A stretch of DNA of 64,000 nucleotides from Takakia lepidozioides (taxonomy: Eukaryota > Plantae > Bryophyta). Position 1 is the stretch's first letter. Every line of letters begins with the position of its first letter. The position numbers and the translations under genes were made by a program. The stretch lies in assembly GCA_030704615.1 (NCBI GenBank), contig CM060733.1:23808001-23872000 (forward strand), in the 5' to 3' direction. The notes beneath the pieces were generated by a model. It had not been told where the DNA came from, did not search any database, and was given only the letters and a program-made list of their open reading frames with translations. Shown here piece by piece: positions 49,951 through 61,243 of the stretch.

Positions 49951-51662
49951 ATGGAGGAGATGTATGGAGCTACCAAAGGGCCTCGTAGGTACTGTGGAGC
50001 TGTGGGCACAATCAAGTTGGATGACTTTATCCAGGAGTTCGATAGCTGGTGTGATTTGCAGCAGATGCGCGCAATCCACATCTATTCACTCCATTCATGG
50101 CGTGGAAGGGACTGTTCCAGCATTTGGAAGGCCCGCCTATGGACGATTACCACGAGTTCAGGCGAGGACATGAAGCAGAGATTGAGGAGTGGAGGATGTA
50201 TTGGTCACCTGACTACGTCTCCATTACTTGAGGCACAACGCGACCAGTAGCTGCATCAGTACCAATATCTCCCACTGCCAGCACTAGTAGTGGAACAAGT
50301 AGTGCCGGTACTTCTGTAGGTGGTACCAGTTCAAAAGGTGCTACTACTCCTCCTGCCACGACTACAACACATGTGCCTAGATTCAACCCGGTGGTGGAGT
50401 TCTTCCAGGAGTTGCGGAGGAACTACCAAGGTATACGGACAGAGAAGCTGCGAAGTTTGCAAGACTTCTAGCGCAAACCCAGTGAGAGCCTGCGAGAGGC
50501 GTACACTCGTATGAGGCGCTTGATAAGTGTGACCCAAGGGGTTACTGAAGCTCAGGCAATCCAGTTTTGGTATGGAATTCTGGACAAGGAGCTCAAGAGA
50601 AGGGTGCGAGATGCAACCCTGTTACAAACAGCCCAACCCACATTAGCAGATGTGTTTCTGCTGGCTGAGCGGATTGAGCTCAACATGGTGGAGGAGCGAG
50701 TTGTTACCATTGGATTTGGCATGGACATGCCTGCACGAGGCGCAGCTGCCAGCCCACAGGCACAAGGGACTGCCCAACAGCGTGGTCAGGGGGGCAAGGT
50801 TTCCCAACCCAAGTTCCATGGAGCTTACAGGGGACCTCAGGTGCAAAGGCCCGTGGCATCTTTTGTAGGCCAACAGCAACCAGGGGTGATATGTTGGACA
50901 TGTGGAGGACCCCATGTCAAGAGAGATTGCCCAGAGAGTGGCAAAAAGCCGGCACAAGCACAGCCTGCACAGTTGCAGTGTGAGCATTGTGGCAAGTATG
51001 GGCATGGAAATGCCCAGTGTTATGACTTGCATCATGAGTTGCGCCCAGGCCAGTTCCAAGGGAACAATGGTGGCCGGGGGCAAGGTGGACCAGCCCAGAG
51101 AGGACGAGGTGGTCGGGCACGAGGTGCAGGCCAAGGGCAAGCTCAACATGGCCAAGGACGCGGAGGTCAGGGTGTTGACCAAAGCATGGCCAACCGGCTT
51201 CAGCAGCTAGAGCAGAGGCTCGCTGCCATGGCCACAGCTCAGGCGGTACCGGCTCCCAGGCGGGATGGTCCACCTCCTGCGCCTGAGGGAGGAGATATGG
51301 GAGGCATGGGATTCATGTGCGGAGCAGCGCTACCACTAGAGCAGGTGGAGTCTGCTGCAGCCGTGACTCGAGGAGCATCACGAGTTCCTGAGCCACGACG
51401 TGCAGAGGTGGAATTGGATCCACAGCGTGGGGAGGCAAGCCGTCAGGTGAGGCTTCCTCAGTCATTCACATTGGCGGAGACAGTGTCGACGCTATCCATG
51501 GCACCTAGTTCTCGCCTGACTGTTACCGAGGCGGAGGTTACTATGCCATTGGGGAGAGCTACATGTGCAGCACTGACACCTGCTACCAAGGCTAGTGCAG
51601 CCGGTGTGTTGTTGGGGGAGCCACCTCTGTGTGTCAAGCCCCACTGTTCTTGGCAACCATGA
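49951..51662 (+). pseudogene. gag: Gag with two CCHC zinc knuckles and an RGG-rich tract (frameshifted)
   Basis: LDDFIQEFDSW; ESLREAYTRM; CWTCGGPHVKRDC; CEHCGKYGHGNAQC. Confidence 0.85.
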
Positions 51663-51837
51663 TTGCGACGCCGGGGGTAAGACCAGCTGCAGTGTTCAGA
51701 CTAGCAGCAACACTCTGTGAGAGTGGGGATGTCACTTCATCTTCTGCGGAGTTAGTGGAAGGTGTAGTGGCAGAGGGATCCTCAGATTTGAGGGTTAAGA
51801 CTGCCACGGCTCGCCATGACAAGCTGCAGCTGCCAGG

Positions 51838-52356
51838 TTGATGGAGCTGCCAGCTAGGCCAACCTTTGAGCGCGCCATGGTGACACCTGGAGTTGTCTTG
51901 TTAGACAACCAGGATGACATTTTCACTTTGAGTGGACCGGCAGGCAAGAAGTACCGGCCACTGCGGGTCTTGTTGGACTCGAGAGCTCAGCCATTGATGT
52001 TGGGCAGAGTTGCTATTGCAGGTTTGGGCCTCATGGAGGCGGATATGAAGCCTTGTCCTTTCCAGATACAGACATCTCTGGGAGGATCAGAGCAGGCTCG
52101 GGGCATGACACGGCGTGAATTGGCCATTGGACTACAGCCGGATCATCCTGTAGATGGCTCAGTGATGCGAGCCAAGGCCATTGTGACAGACGCGGTCTCC
52201 TACAATGTCCTCGTTGGTAGGGCAGTGTTATATCCCATGGGCTTCACCCTGGACTTTTGGGAGGAGTCAGCATCCTACAGGCCTGGATGGCAGTCAGGGG
52301 ATGGTCGTCGTGCACAGCTCCCTGTGACATTCATTGGGGGTATTGCGGCTGCCTAA
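51838..52356 (+). pseudogene. Aspartic protease domain
   Basis: RVLLDSRAQ (degenerate DSGA) and YNVLVG. Confidence 0.75.
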
Positions 52357-52694
52357 TGGGGCAAGATGCCAACACTAGCCGCCTTTACAGCTGCAGTTAG
52401 TTGGCCTGGAGAGTTGCTGGAAGGCAATGCCCATGCAGAGGATGTGCCACCTCCAGCAGAGCAGGATGACATGCATGGTATGGCGGAGTTGCCTGCCATG
52501 GTTGCTCACACTCCATTGTGGGGTACGAGCAAGGATTTGCAGCAGGTTGCTGATCGACGGGTGCAACAAGCCTGGGTAGAGGCTTTTGTACCGTCAGGAG
52601 AGGAGGAGAGTGCGGGTATTGCACCAAGACCACCTCAGTTGTCACCATTGGATACCACACCTATTGTGTGGCAGTATCTGGATGAAGGCATTGC

Positions 52695-53640
52695 CTTCTG
52701 GACTTGTTTGGCGGGATTAGCACCGGATTGGCTGCTGTGCTACAGGCAGGTGTGCGGGTAAGGCGTTACCTGTATGTGGAGAGGGATGAGACTGCACGAC
52801 GCGTCTCACTACGCCATGTTGCTTAGTTGGTACAGCAGTACCCTGCTTTGTTGCCAGTGTCTACAGTTCGTGGATACCAACAAGCCTTGCCAGCAGACAT
52901 TTCGTTGCTGGGGGCGCCGGATTTGGAGCAGGTTGGCTCCATTGATCTGGTAGTGGCAGGTTGGCCCTGCCAAGAGCATTCATCAGCCGGGCATGGCAAT
53001 GGATTGCGAGACTCGAGGACGGGTCTGTTTTGGGAGATGGTGCGGATTTTGCGCCACTTGCAGCTTCATCAAGCTGTATCGCGAGCATACATCTTGGAGA
53101 ATGTGCCACTGATGGGCGATTCTCGGGCCAGGGTGATGGCCAGTGTGCATCAAGTCTGGTCGTGGCTTGGGTCAGCAGTGCTGCTGGATGCAGCTGCAGT
53201 GGGATCACGGGCTCATCGTCCACGGCTATGGTGGACTAACTTGATGCCATCCGCACTGCTCAAGCGTGCATTTGATGGGGTGCAGCGACCAACACACCTC
53301 ATAGTGGACAGCATTTTGGACACAGGGAGGCAGTCTCAACGTGTGAGACACGATGACCGTTCGCCTTTGGCAGTGGTCAATAGGGTGGGTCAACCACAAG
53401 CATCATTACCTACACTGCTCAGCTTCCCAGGATCCCATGCTTTTCGGGATGGTGGACCTGGCCTCCTGTGGGATGCTCAGTTGTAGCAGTTAGTAGAGCC
53501 TAATGCCGACGAGCGAGAGCGGGCTATGGGGTTTTCCACTGGGACCACGGCGGTGCCTTCTCTTTCTGAGGCATCACGTCGTCAGGTGTTGGGGCAAGCA
53601 ATGGATCTCAATTGCTTGACCTGGATTATCAGCTTGGCTA
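52695..53640 (+). pseudogene. C5 cytosine DNA methyltransferase domain within Pol
   Basis: One frame with motif I LDLFGGISTG, II YVERD, IV DLVVAGWPCQ, VI YILENV, VIII AHRPRLWW, IX ERERAMGF, X RRQVLGQAM. TAG stops at 52824 and 53484. Confidence 0.92.
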
Positions 53641-54098
53641 TGGCCGAGCAGCGCAGAGTATGGAGTACACTTCCCTTCATGGTCTCCCTGCCTACCGAGA
53701 CGGTACAGGCAGCGAGTGGGGGCGAGCAGGTGAGGACCACGAGGTGCAGGCCGCATCCATGGCACACGTGGGAGGTGCTCGAGGTTCAGAAGGAGTTGGC
53801 AGCCAAGGCAGCTGTGATGGATGAGGTTGGGGATTCTTCTCGGGTTGATGAGGTCCTCAAGGATGAGATGATGGGGCAGGATGAGGCCTTGTCATTGACT
53901 GAGCAGGCAGGGAGTACTGCTCAGGAGGTTGCGGCATAGCAACCACGGGACGCGTCCTCTACCTCTAAGCCCATTGGACTTAAGGTTGCAGTTACGGAGG
54001 ACAATTGGGAGCCTGACATTGGACCCATTGTCACCGGATGAGAGAGACGACGTATACGGTGGTTCCTGAGGGCTTACAGGAATTGCTTTGCTTTCAGT

Positions 54099-54945
54099 TT
54101 GAAGGACTTAGGAGCACTGAAGGGTCAAGAGATTCGCATTGAATTGGCTACTGACACGCCAATCTTTTGGAGACCCTATAGATACAGTGACATGGAGAGG
54201 TCCTTGATTCAGATGAGAACTAAGGACCTTTGGGAGGCTGGTTTGGTGGAGCTATCTGGGGGAGAGTATGCTTCAGCCACAATGATCCCAGCCAAGAAGG
54301 ATGTCTATGGCAATTGGACGGAGAGACGTATGTGCGGTGATTACCGGCCTGTAAATCGTCAGACCAAGTCCGATAAGTATGCTATGCCGACACCAGAGGA
54401 GATATTTGATGCCATTGGGCATGCCAAGGTCTTTAGCACGTTGGATTTACGATCCGGATATCACCAGTTGCCGATCAAGGAGGCGGATAAGCAGAAGACG
54501 ACATTCTGGGGGATCAATGAGCACGGGAAGGATTGCCTATACCAGTGGCGGTTCTTACCATTTGGGCTTAAGAACGCTCCGGCAGAGTTTCAGAGAGTCA
54601 TGGACAGGATTTTAGCAAGGGTGGAGTTTGCTCGGTGCTACATAGATGACATCATCATCTTTAGTGCTACAGTGGAAGAGCATGAGAGACACCTTCAGGG
54701 GTATTTGAGCGCTTGAGGGCGCACGGATTGAAGTTATATCCGGGAAAATGCAAGTTTTTCCACAACCAGATTGAGTATCTGGGTCACATGATATATTTCT
54801 AGAGGATTGGGGGTACAGCAGACTAAGGTAGAGTCCATTGCACAGGTTCCACGCCCCACGGATGTGAGCCGAGTTCGAGCTTTCATGGGGTTAGCAAACT
54901 ATTATAGACGGTTTGTTAAGGGATTTAGTGCCATTGCAAAGGCTC
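54099..54945 (+). pseudogene. pol: Reverse transcriptase and start of the connection/RNase H region
   Basis: RMCGDYRPVN, FSTLDLRSGYHQ, PFGLKNAPAEFQ, YIDDI, FMGLANYYRRFV. Confidence 0.95.
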
Positions 54946-55709
54946 TAAAGGTCAAGAGAGTTGTTCAGACAGTAAAGAGGGGTTTGCGCAAGTATGGCTT
55001 GCAGAAGGGACACCTAGGAGATTGGGACCTTCAGTTACCCTGGTTAACCATGGGCTACAGGTTCAGCAAGCAAACATCACTTGCCTCCTTCTCACCATAC
55101 TTTCTTCTCTTTAGCCGAGAGCCGGATTTGCCTACATCCATTCGCAAAGAAGCTGCTACAGTTCTTAACCTTGACGATCCGGACGTGTGGGCACGTGCAT
55201 GTGAGCAGCGTGCAGAGTTGTTCAAGAAAGTCATGCCCATGGCTTTCGAGAACCTTGCCATTGCACAACATCGTGATACGTTGAGGTATGCTACCATACG
55301 TGGTGGGGGCTATCGTCCTGGAGTTCGGAGATTTAACCCTAGTGACTATGTCTATCTGCAGCAGACTCCTCCTACGATCTTGGATGTGATTGCAGGACAT
55401 GTTATTTTGAGGGTTCGAGAGGTCTTGCCCTCAGGCGTCTTGGTCTTGGAGGGTCGGGATGGCATAACTTGGAAGGACCATGTGCGTAATTGTGCGCCAT
55501 GTCACCTTCCGGATGTCGATGGCAGGATTGACCCAAACCTGGCAGTGGTATCTGCAAGTTTGAGGTGCATGTTGTGTGGGTCTGCTAAAGGGGCAGCCAC
55601 CATGCTGATGTGTGATCGATGCTCTAGAGGTTGGCATACGGGATGCTTGACTCCACCTCTTGAGATGGTTCCGGATGGGGATTGGTTATGTCCACAATGC
55701 ATTGGATAG
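54946..55709 (+). pseudogene. C-terminal part of a DDE integrase core plus a terminal PHD finger (55566-55700)
   Basis: VQTVKRGLRK...DWDLQLPW..MGYRFS...SPYFLLF; CMLC...MLMCDRCSRGWHTGCL.PPL..VPDGDWLCPQC (C4HC3). Confidence 0.88.
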
Positions 55710-58202
55710 TGGGAGTGGATACAACCATGGGAGGCTAACAAGAAATGCAAGGCCAAGCTACTAAGAGACCTTGAACACACGAGATCCTGGCTCAAGTTCA
55801 CAGATTGCAAGACGGAGACTAACGATGGGGCTACTCTTGTACCCGGCCTCTTGGTCTACAGAGTTTGAGTACAACAGGGCCAGTGATAGAGGACTTAGTA
55901 CGGCTGTGGCTATTACATCTTGTAGCTATCTGGAGTTAGAGGGACCTATCCACCAGCTAGGGGGGCGATTGTGGCAGACTACTTTATTGTGCATCTATGT
56001 GTGGTGTGGTTTGGACAGCGATATAGTTGTGTAGCGATATGTATGCGCACGACAGCTGTCAAGTTAAATAAACACAGTGTGAAACTAACTAGAATAAAAC
56101 TAGTTATTTGTATTTAACACTTGGATTTAGTTCAAGTGTTAAGTCAGGTATCAAGTTTGAGCTTGACACCTGAACCATCTTATCTTCACGAGAGCGTCAG
56201 TCGCGCAGCTCATCTATCTTGAGTTGAGCCTGCGCGACCGAGCTCCTTCATGCGTTTAGAAGCTGAATGTGCTTATGATGGGAGGATAGGTTGTTGTGGG
56301 GTGGAGTCCCCATAGCTTGGGGTGCCGCTGCCTCGACTTCTATTTTAAAGAGTGATGCTGTTGGATTCATGTTGTTTCTTGTGTGAACAGTGTGTCCTTA
56401 GCTTTCTTATCTATTGTGGCAGACTACTTTATTGTGCATCTATGTGTGGTGTGGTTTCGACAGCGATGTAGTTGGACAGCGATGTAGTTGCGCACGACAA
56501 AGGCCTCGTGATGACTAGTTAGTGCAGCAAGATCACCTACAACAGCTCTCTCTACACTCTCAAACCAAAGCTGATCTTTGTCACATATATCACACAACAG
56601 ATCATCCACTTCCTGCGACAACTCAATATCTCTCTCTAACTCTGCTGCCTGCTGCCTACTTTCGAAATATTCAGGGCCTAGATCCACAAAGTTTTCAAAA
56701 TTATAGTATTCCGGGTCACAACTATCTAGAGAGTTGTCAGACTTCTCAAACCTTGGCGACCACGCCTCTGCCTCCCCCAGATCGTCATAATCACTACCAC
56801 CAGGAAAACCCAATGAAACAACAAGGGCTGGAACGCAAAAAACAGCAGGCTCAGGAAGTGGCGACGCTGGCAAGGCAACACTGCTAGGCCGCGCGCCGTT
56901 GGTAGTGTTAGCAACAGCAAGAACGTCAGCAGGGTGAGAAACAACGGGAGGAGCAATAATAACAACACTAGCAGAATGAGAAGCGGTAGCAGGGTCAACC
57001 TCTACACTAGGATTAGCTTCAACAACAAGTGCCACGCTAGTATGAAGAAATAGGCTCTCCCCCTCTCTGCAAGCTACACAAGACAAGTCATGAACAACAG
57101 CCATCCCCTGCAATCACACCCCAACGCACTTCGTGAGACGACAAAATCGCAGCAGTAGGAGAAAATATGGCAAAGCGAGGAGCCGCCATTGATAAGACGC
57201 ATTAGCGAACCACTTAGGCAGTAGGATGTAGAGCAGATCCCGCGAAAAGACCTAACTGATCCTGACAGCGCGGGCAGGATCCACCAACGCCTAGAGTACC
57301 CGGCTTCTCTCCACCATAAAACAAGCCTGAAGCATATACTCCTTTCCTCTCAAGAAGCAAGGTTGCACAACAAAGGGGCGAGCGGAAAGAGCAAGCAACG
57401 CGCGTGAGGAGGATCAAACACACGAATCAGGCACTAAGCAGCTCTCACAAGCTTGTACACCAAAATCACATATACACTAACACCCGAGTACACCGCCCTT
57501 TATACATACAAAAAGCCCTAGCCGTAGTGGCCCGCCGCGTGGCGAGGCATTATAGGCCAAAGCCCACGGCGTTGTCTTGTGGCCCTAGATCTGATGAAGG
57601 GCCAGGATCGAGCCACCTGCAAAAATTAACCCTAACCTAGATATCATTGTGCCGGTTTAACGGCTTCATACGCCAAATAAAATATACTATGGATGTGTAT
57701 CGCCGTTTTGGATGAAACGGGCTATTTCCAGGCTAGGCAATTATGGGGCTTTACAAGCATATGTGCCTAACTTCCAACTCCAAATAAAATTTCCATCCAG
57801 GACAACTGTCCCCTGTTTAAAAGAAAAGAAAAGAAAAGAAAATTGGATTACATGAATCAGAATATAATGGAACATTGGGAACAGTGCTGCAATGAAATGT
57901 CATGTACCCACCCCCCACGCGTGGGTCCAGCTCAGATGGACAAACGGGCAAAGAGCCAGCAGGGTGTGGGCACGTGCCCTGCTGCTGGGCTTGAGATCGA
58001 TGCAGGGCTGACCACGGGAGGCACTCCTTGCAGCGATTCCTGTGCGGGAACTTGGAAGGAAGAAGGGGGGGGGGGAGGATTGATCAGACAAACAAAACCC
58101 ATATACAGATCCTTACGTAGCTTGTGTGGAAGGAGGTGGAGTGATCATAAGCGCTTTTCTGCGGGAGATTGTTGATTTTGCTTGGTAGAGGAGGGGTTAG
58201 CG

Positions 58203-61200
58203 ATGGCGGAAGAGGAGATACGAGCAGGGGTGGAGGCCGTGGGGTTGTCAGACGATGCAGGCCAGAAATTGAAGCTGGATCAGTCCACGTTGTTTCACTC
58301 TGTGGAAGTTGGTAATGTGCCTGTACTGCAGGCTCTTCTTCATAGTCGCAAGGTCGACGTGAATGCTTATAATGATGAGGTATTTTGTGGATCTGGTTTT
58401 CGGGTTTGTATCCTGAATTGTGGGGCATTTAAGTGAGGTCTTTGGTGGACCTAATTCTGTACGGTATGCTAGACTGAAAGTAATGATATATTTTGAACTG
58501 TAGCTGGAAACTCTCTGAACAACAAGTGCCTTAAGCGGATGGTGTCTTTGTCAGACGAGCATCGCGTGTCATACCTTCTGTGCGGGATTCTTTATAGCGT
58601 TCTATGATGTTCCAATTTCGAAAAGTTATTCTGTCTTTGATGAAGGGGTTCACAGTATCAAAACAATGCCTTTGTTGAAATGTTCGTCCTACTGTCGCTT
58701 TCATCTGCAGTTTCTTTAAGTGTGCTTTGGTCCTTATGCCAACCGTGCAATTTGAAGTCCGTTAAGTCCTTTGGACTAGGAACCGGTCTCAAGAATTGCA
58801 GGTCGTCCTGCCTTAAGTTTTCAAGGCATACCATCTGCTTTCAAAGATTAAAAACCGAATTCAGCTTATTAGGCAGCGATGTTATTCTTGGGGAAGGAGA
58901 GAAAGGATGGGAATGATGACTAATGAGGTTGAAACTAGACAATCTGAGATTTTCAGCCCTCGTAAAGACACAATTGCTACTGATAGTTGGAACTTCCCTG
59001 TTGCATCTGCCCTTGGAGGCAATCGTGAAAGGCCATTTCAGGTCAAAGTATGTACACCCTGGTTGGAGTCAAGAGCCAACATTAACGTGATGCTGGTGAA
59101 GGTGGAGCCATAAAGAGGCTGATGACACCACCTGTGAAGGAAGGGAGAAGAGTAGAAGAGAGGGGGAAAGCAAGGGAGAAATTTAATAGAAGTTGGTTGA
59201 TGCAGGGTTTTACTGCATTGCATTTGGCTGTGTGGAAGTATGAGGACGGGCGCAACTTGGAAGTTGCAAAGACATTACTAAGACATGGCGCCAATGCTGG
59301 GCTGAAAGCAGCCCCCTCTGCATTGTCACACAAATTTTCAATTACGCGTCATGATGCGAAGCATCCACATGGAGATCTGTTGGGGACCAAGAAGATAACT
59401 TTTGGTCACAAGACACCGCTCTTGGTTTCTCTTGAGTTGAAGTCGGCTCTGTACCTGAAAGGTATTTTATAGCTGGTGTCATCTTCTGCATTGCGTAAGA
59501 GAAAGTGATAGATGGATGGATGGAACAGACAGAAAAAACAAACAAAAATAGACCTAGGCATCTACTTTGTGATATGTCAACGAAGTTCATCGTATTTATG
59601 AATGAAGGATGGTTGATTTTTCAAAAGTTGAGGAAGTTTGGTGGAGTTATACCGTGGCTTTTTACACAAAAGCAAAAATGCAGGTTGGGAGTATCGGCAC
59701 TGGGATGACATGCTTAAGCTGCTGTCTGATGCAACCATTCAGCAATACAGCAATAAGAAGATTCCCAGCGGGCCAAGGGAGCAAGTTGCCGTTGTGCAGC
59801 GAAACTGGGCCCATGTCTTTCAAAGTGGAAAGCATGAGTTGGTTGAGGTCTGGGCCGAGGGCAAATATCTCACAGCTCTAAAACTTCTCCTGGCTGGGGC
59901 ATCACCGGTATGTTTTTCATACCTCCTAAATCTCGTAGCCATGTCGGTTGTTCTAGATTTAATATACCTTTGCACCTGATAGTTGAAAAGTTCTGTGTTT
60001 GGTTAGGCACTGCCCAGCAGAGGGGATCTACTGTTGTGGTCAGTTCTATCCAATACAGTGCTAAATTGCGCCATATTGATTGGTAGGTTTCACCATTATA
60101 CCCCACTGGGCCACTTGCTTCAGTATCTGTCAACTATCGACGTAATTTTATCTTTCTGGCATGCAGGGGGTTCGTCCTATACTGTTTCACCCAGGCATGC
60201 TATTTGTTGCGATCCCCTATATTGTTAAATGTTTCAAGAACAAGAATTGCTATGTTCCACTGTTGTTCTCATGAGGAGCATCTTGAACTGGGCAGTCCTG
60301 AGTTTTGCACGACAGCTTGTTTTCTGAAAACAGTCAAGAACGGGAGAGTGGCACCGAAGTGATAATGCAAGTTAAGGATCTGTTTGACTGCGCAGGTCCT
60401 GAAGTCGAACCTGGAGGAAGCGACAGCACTTCATTCCAATAGACTTGAAATCAAGGATGCATCCTTTAACGTGGTGAAGGCCATTGTCTTCTTTGTTTAC
60501 ACGGGTCAAGTGGATCCACATTTTATGGATCAAAGAGGCCTTGACCTCTTGCTCGCAGCCCATAAGGTTGGTCTTTGATATCTGTTCCTGCCATACCCAT
60601 CTAGGCTGCCAGTGCTGCACTTTATCTTCCCTCTCTTAAAGACTTGACACCCAGCATTGAGACAAAGTTCTCGGACCATTACATCTATCAAGTCAGCTAT
60701 CGTTCTCCATCCTTTGAAGTGTACTAACCCCAGAGGAATACTCCACTGGTTTTGCAGCATGGCATTGAGAGCTTGATTCACTTATGTGAAGTTTCTATCC
60801 ACGCCACACAAGGTATGTGTACTGACAAGTGATTACAACTGGAAATTGTGATTTTTGTCAAGTTGTATGTAGTTAAGACCGTAGATAAAACACCGAGTCA
60901 ATGTCTGTCAGATTTCTTAGGTTATATTCCTGGCATTGTTGATCTAGTTGGGAGATTTTTTAAATGCGTGTCCGCGACTGAAGGTCAGCAGTCTAAATTT
61001 GTTTGTCAGAAACGTCATTGTTTGTTCACTCAACATATTTGTTGATCTCCCACAGATAATTGGGTGAAGCTTTTGACTGTGGCCACTCAGTGCAACTCAG
61101 ATGTGCTTACATTGACGTGCGCTCAGTCTATCAAGGCAGTGATGGAGAAAAGACAGGATGGTGTCCATTTTCTCAAGAAGAGTTTCTCGGATGCTCAGGA

Positions 61201-61243
61201 TGGTCCAAGCCAGCTCTTTCATAAACCTTCATTTGTGCCATAA
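58203..61243 (+). CDS. Ankyrin-repeat plus BTB/POZ domain protein, 6 exons (58203-58379, 59206-59461, 59684-59907, 60396-60566, 60758-60812, 61056-61243)
   Basis: DVNAYNDE|GFTALHLAV...LLRHGAN ankyrin; LLLAGASP|VL...IKDASFNVVKAIVFFVYTG...LLLAAHK|HGIESLIHLCE BTB; all introns GT-AG and phase-consistent. Confidence 0.88.

Larger units (their letters stand above)
46015..56499 (+). mobile_element. Ty3/gypsy element with split/permuted LTRs encoding gag-PR-DNMT-RT-(RH)-IN-PHD (degenerate)
   Basis: B1 46015-46162 (internally deleted), G-run PPT 55959-55965, A1 55970-56054, GC, B2 56057-56411, A2 56415-56499. AAGG TSD at 46011-46014 and 56500-56503. Confidence 0.92.
41377..57646 (-). mobile_element. 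Minus-strand Ty3/gypsy element, 3'-truncated by the CACTA; its 5' LTR (~57646-56500 plus 46014-45979) is interrupted by the DNMT element
   Basis: PR VVDTGCT (43394-43744); RT SPWASP...YVDD (42582-43373); RNase H (42015-42569); IN WDTFLP..LFAYRT...GPY (41377-41900); PBS-like TGGTATCCAGAGC at 45978-45966. LTR start TGATATC at 57646 is inferred. Confidence 0.8.

Noticed and set aside
56057-56168. 112-bp TGTCAAG...CTTGACA as an independent MITE or short LTR
   Set aside because: It has no TSD of its own, and homology with the 5' copy continues to ...ctttcttatc, so it is part of segment B.
46015-56499. DIRS/PAT/Ngaro tyrosine-recombinase element (because of the split repeats)
   Set aside because: It encodes an aspartic protease, gypsy-type RT and DDE-integrase sequence, with TG...CA ends and a TSD. 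No YR motifs were seen, although part of pol is deleted.
56424-57113. 229-aa ORF as a host gene
   Set aside because: It lies within inferred LTR sequence, crosses an insertion junction, is low complexity and has no recognisable domain.
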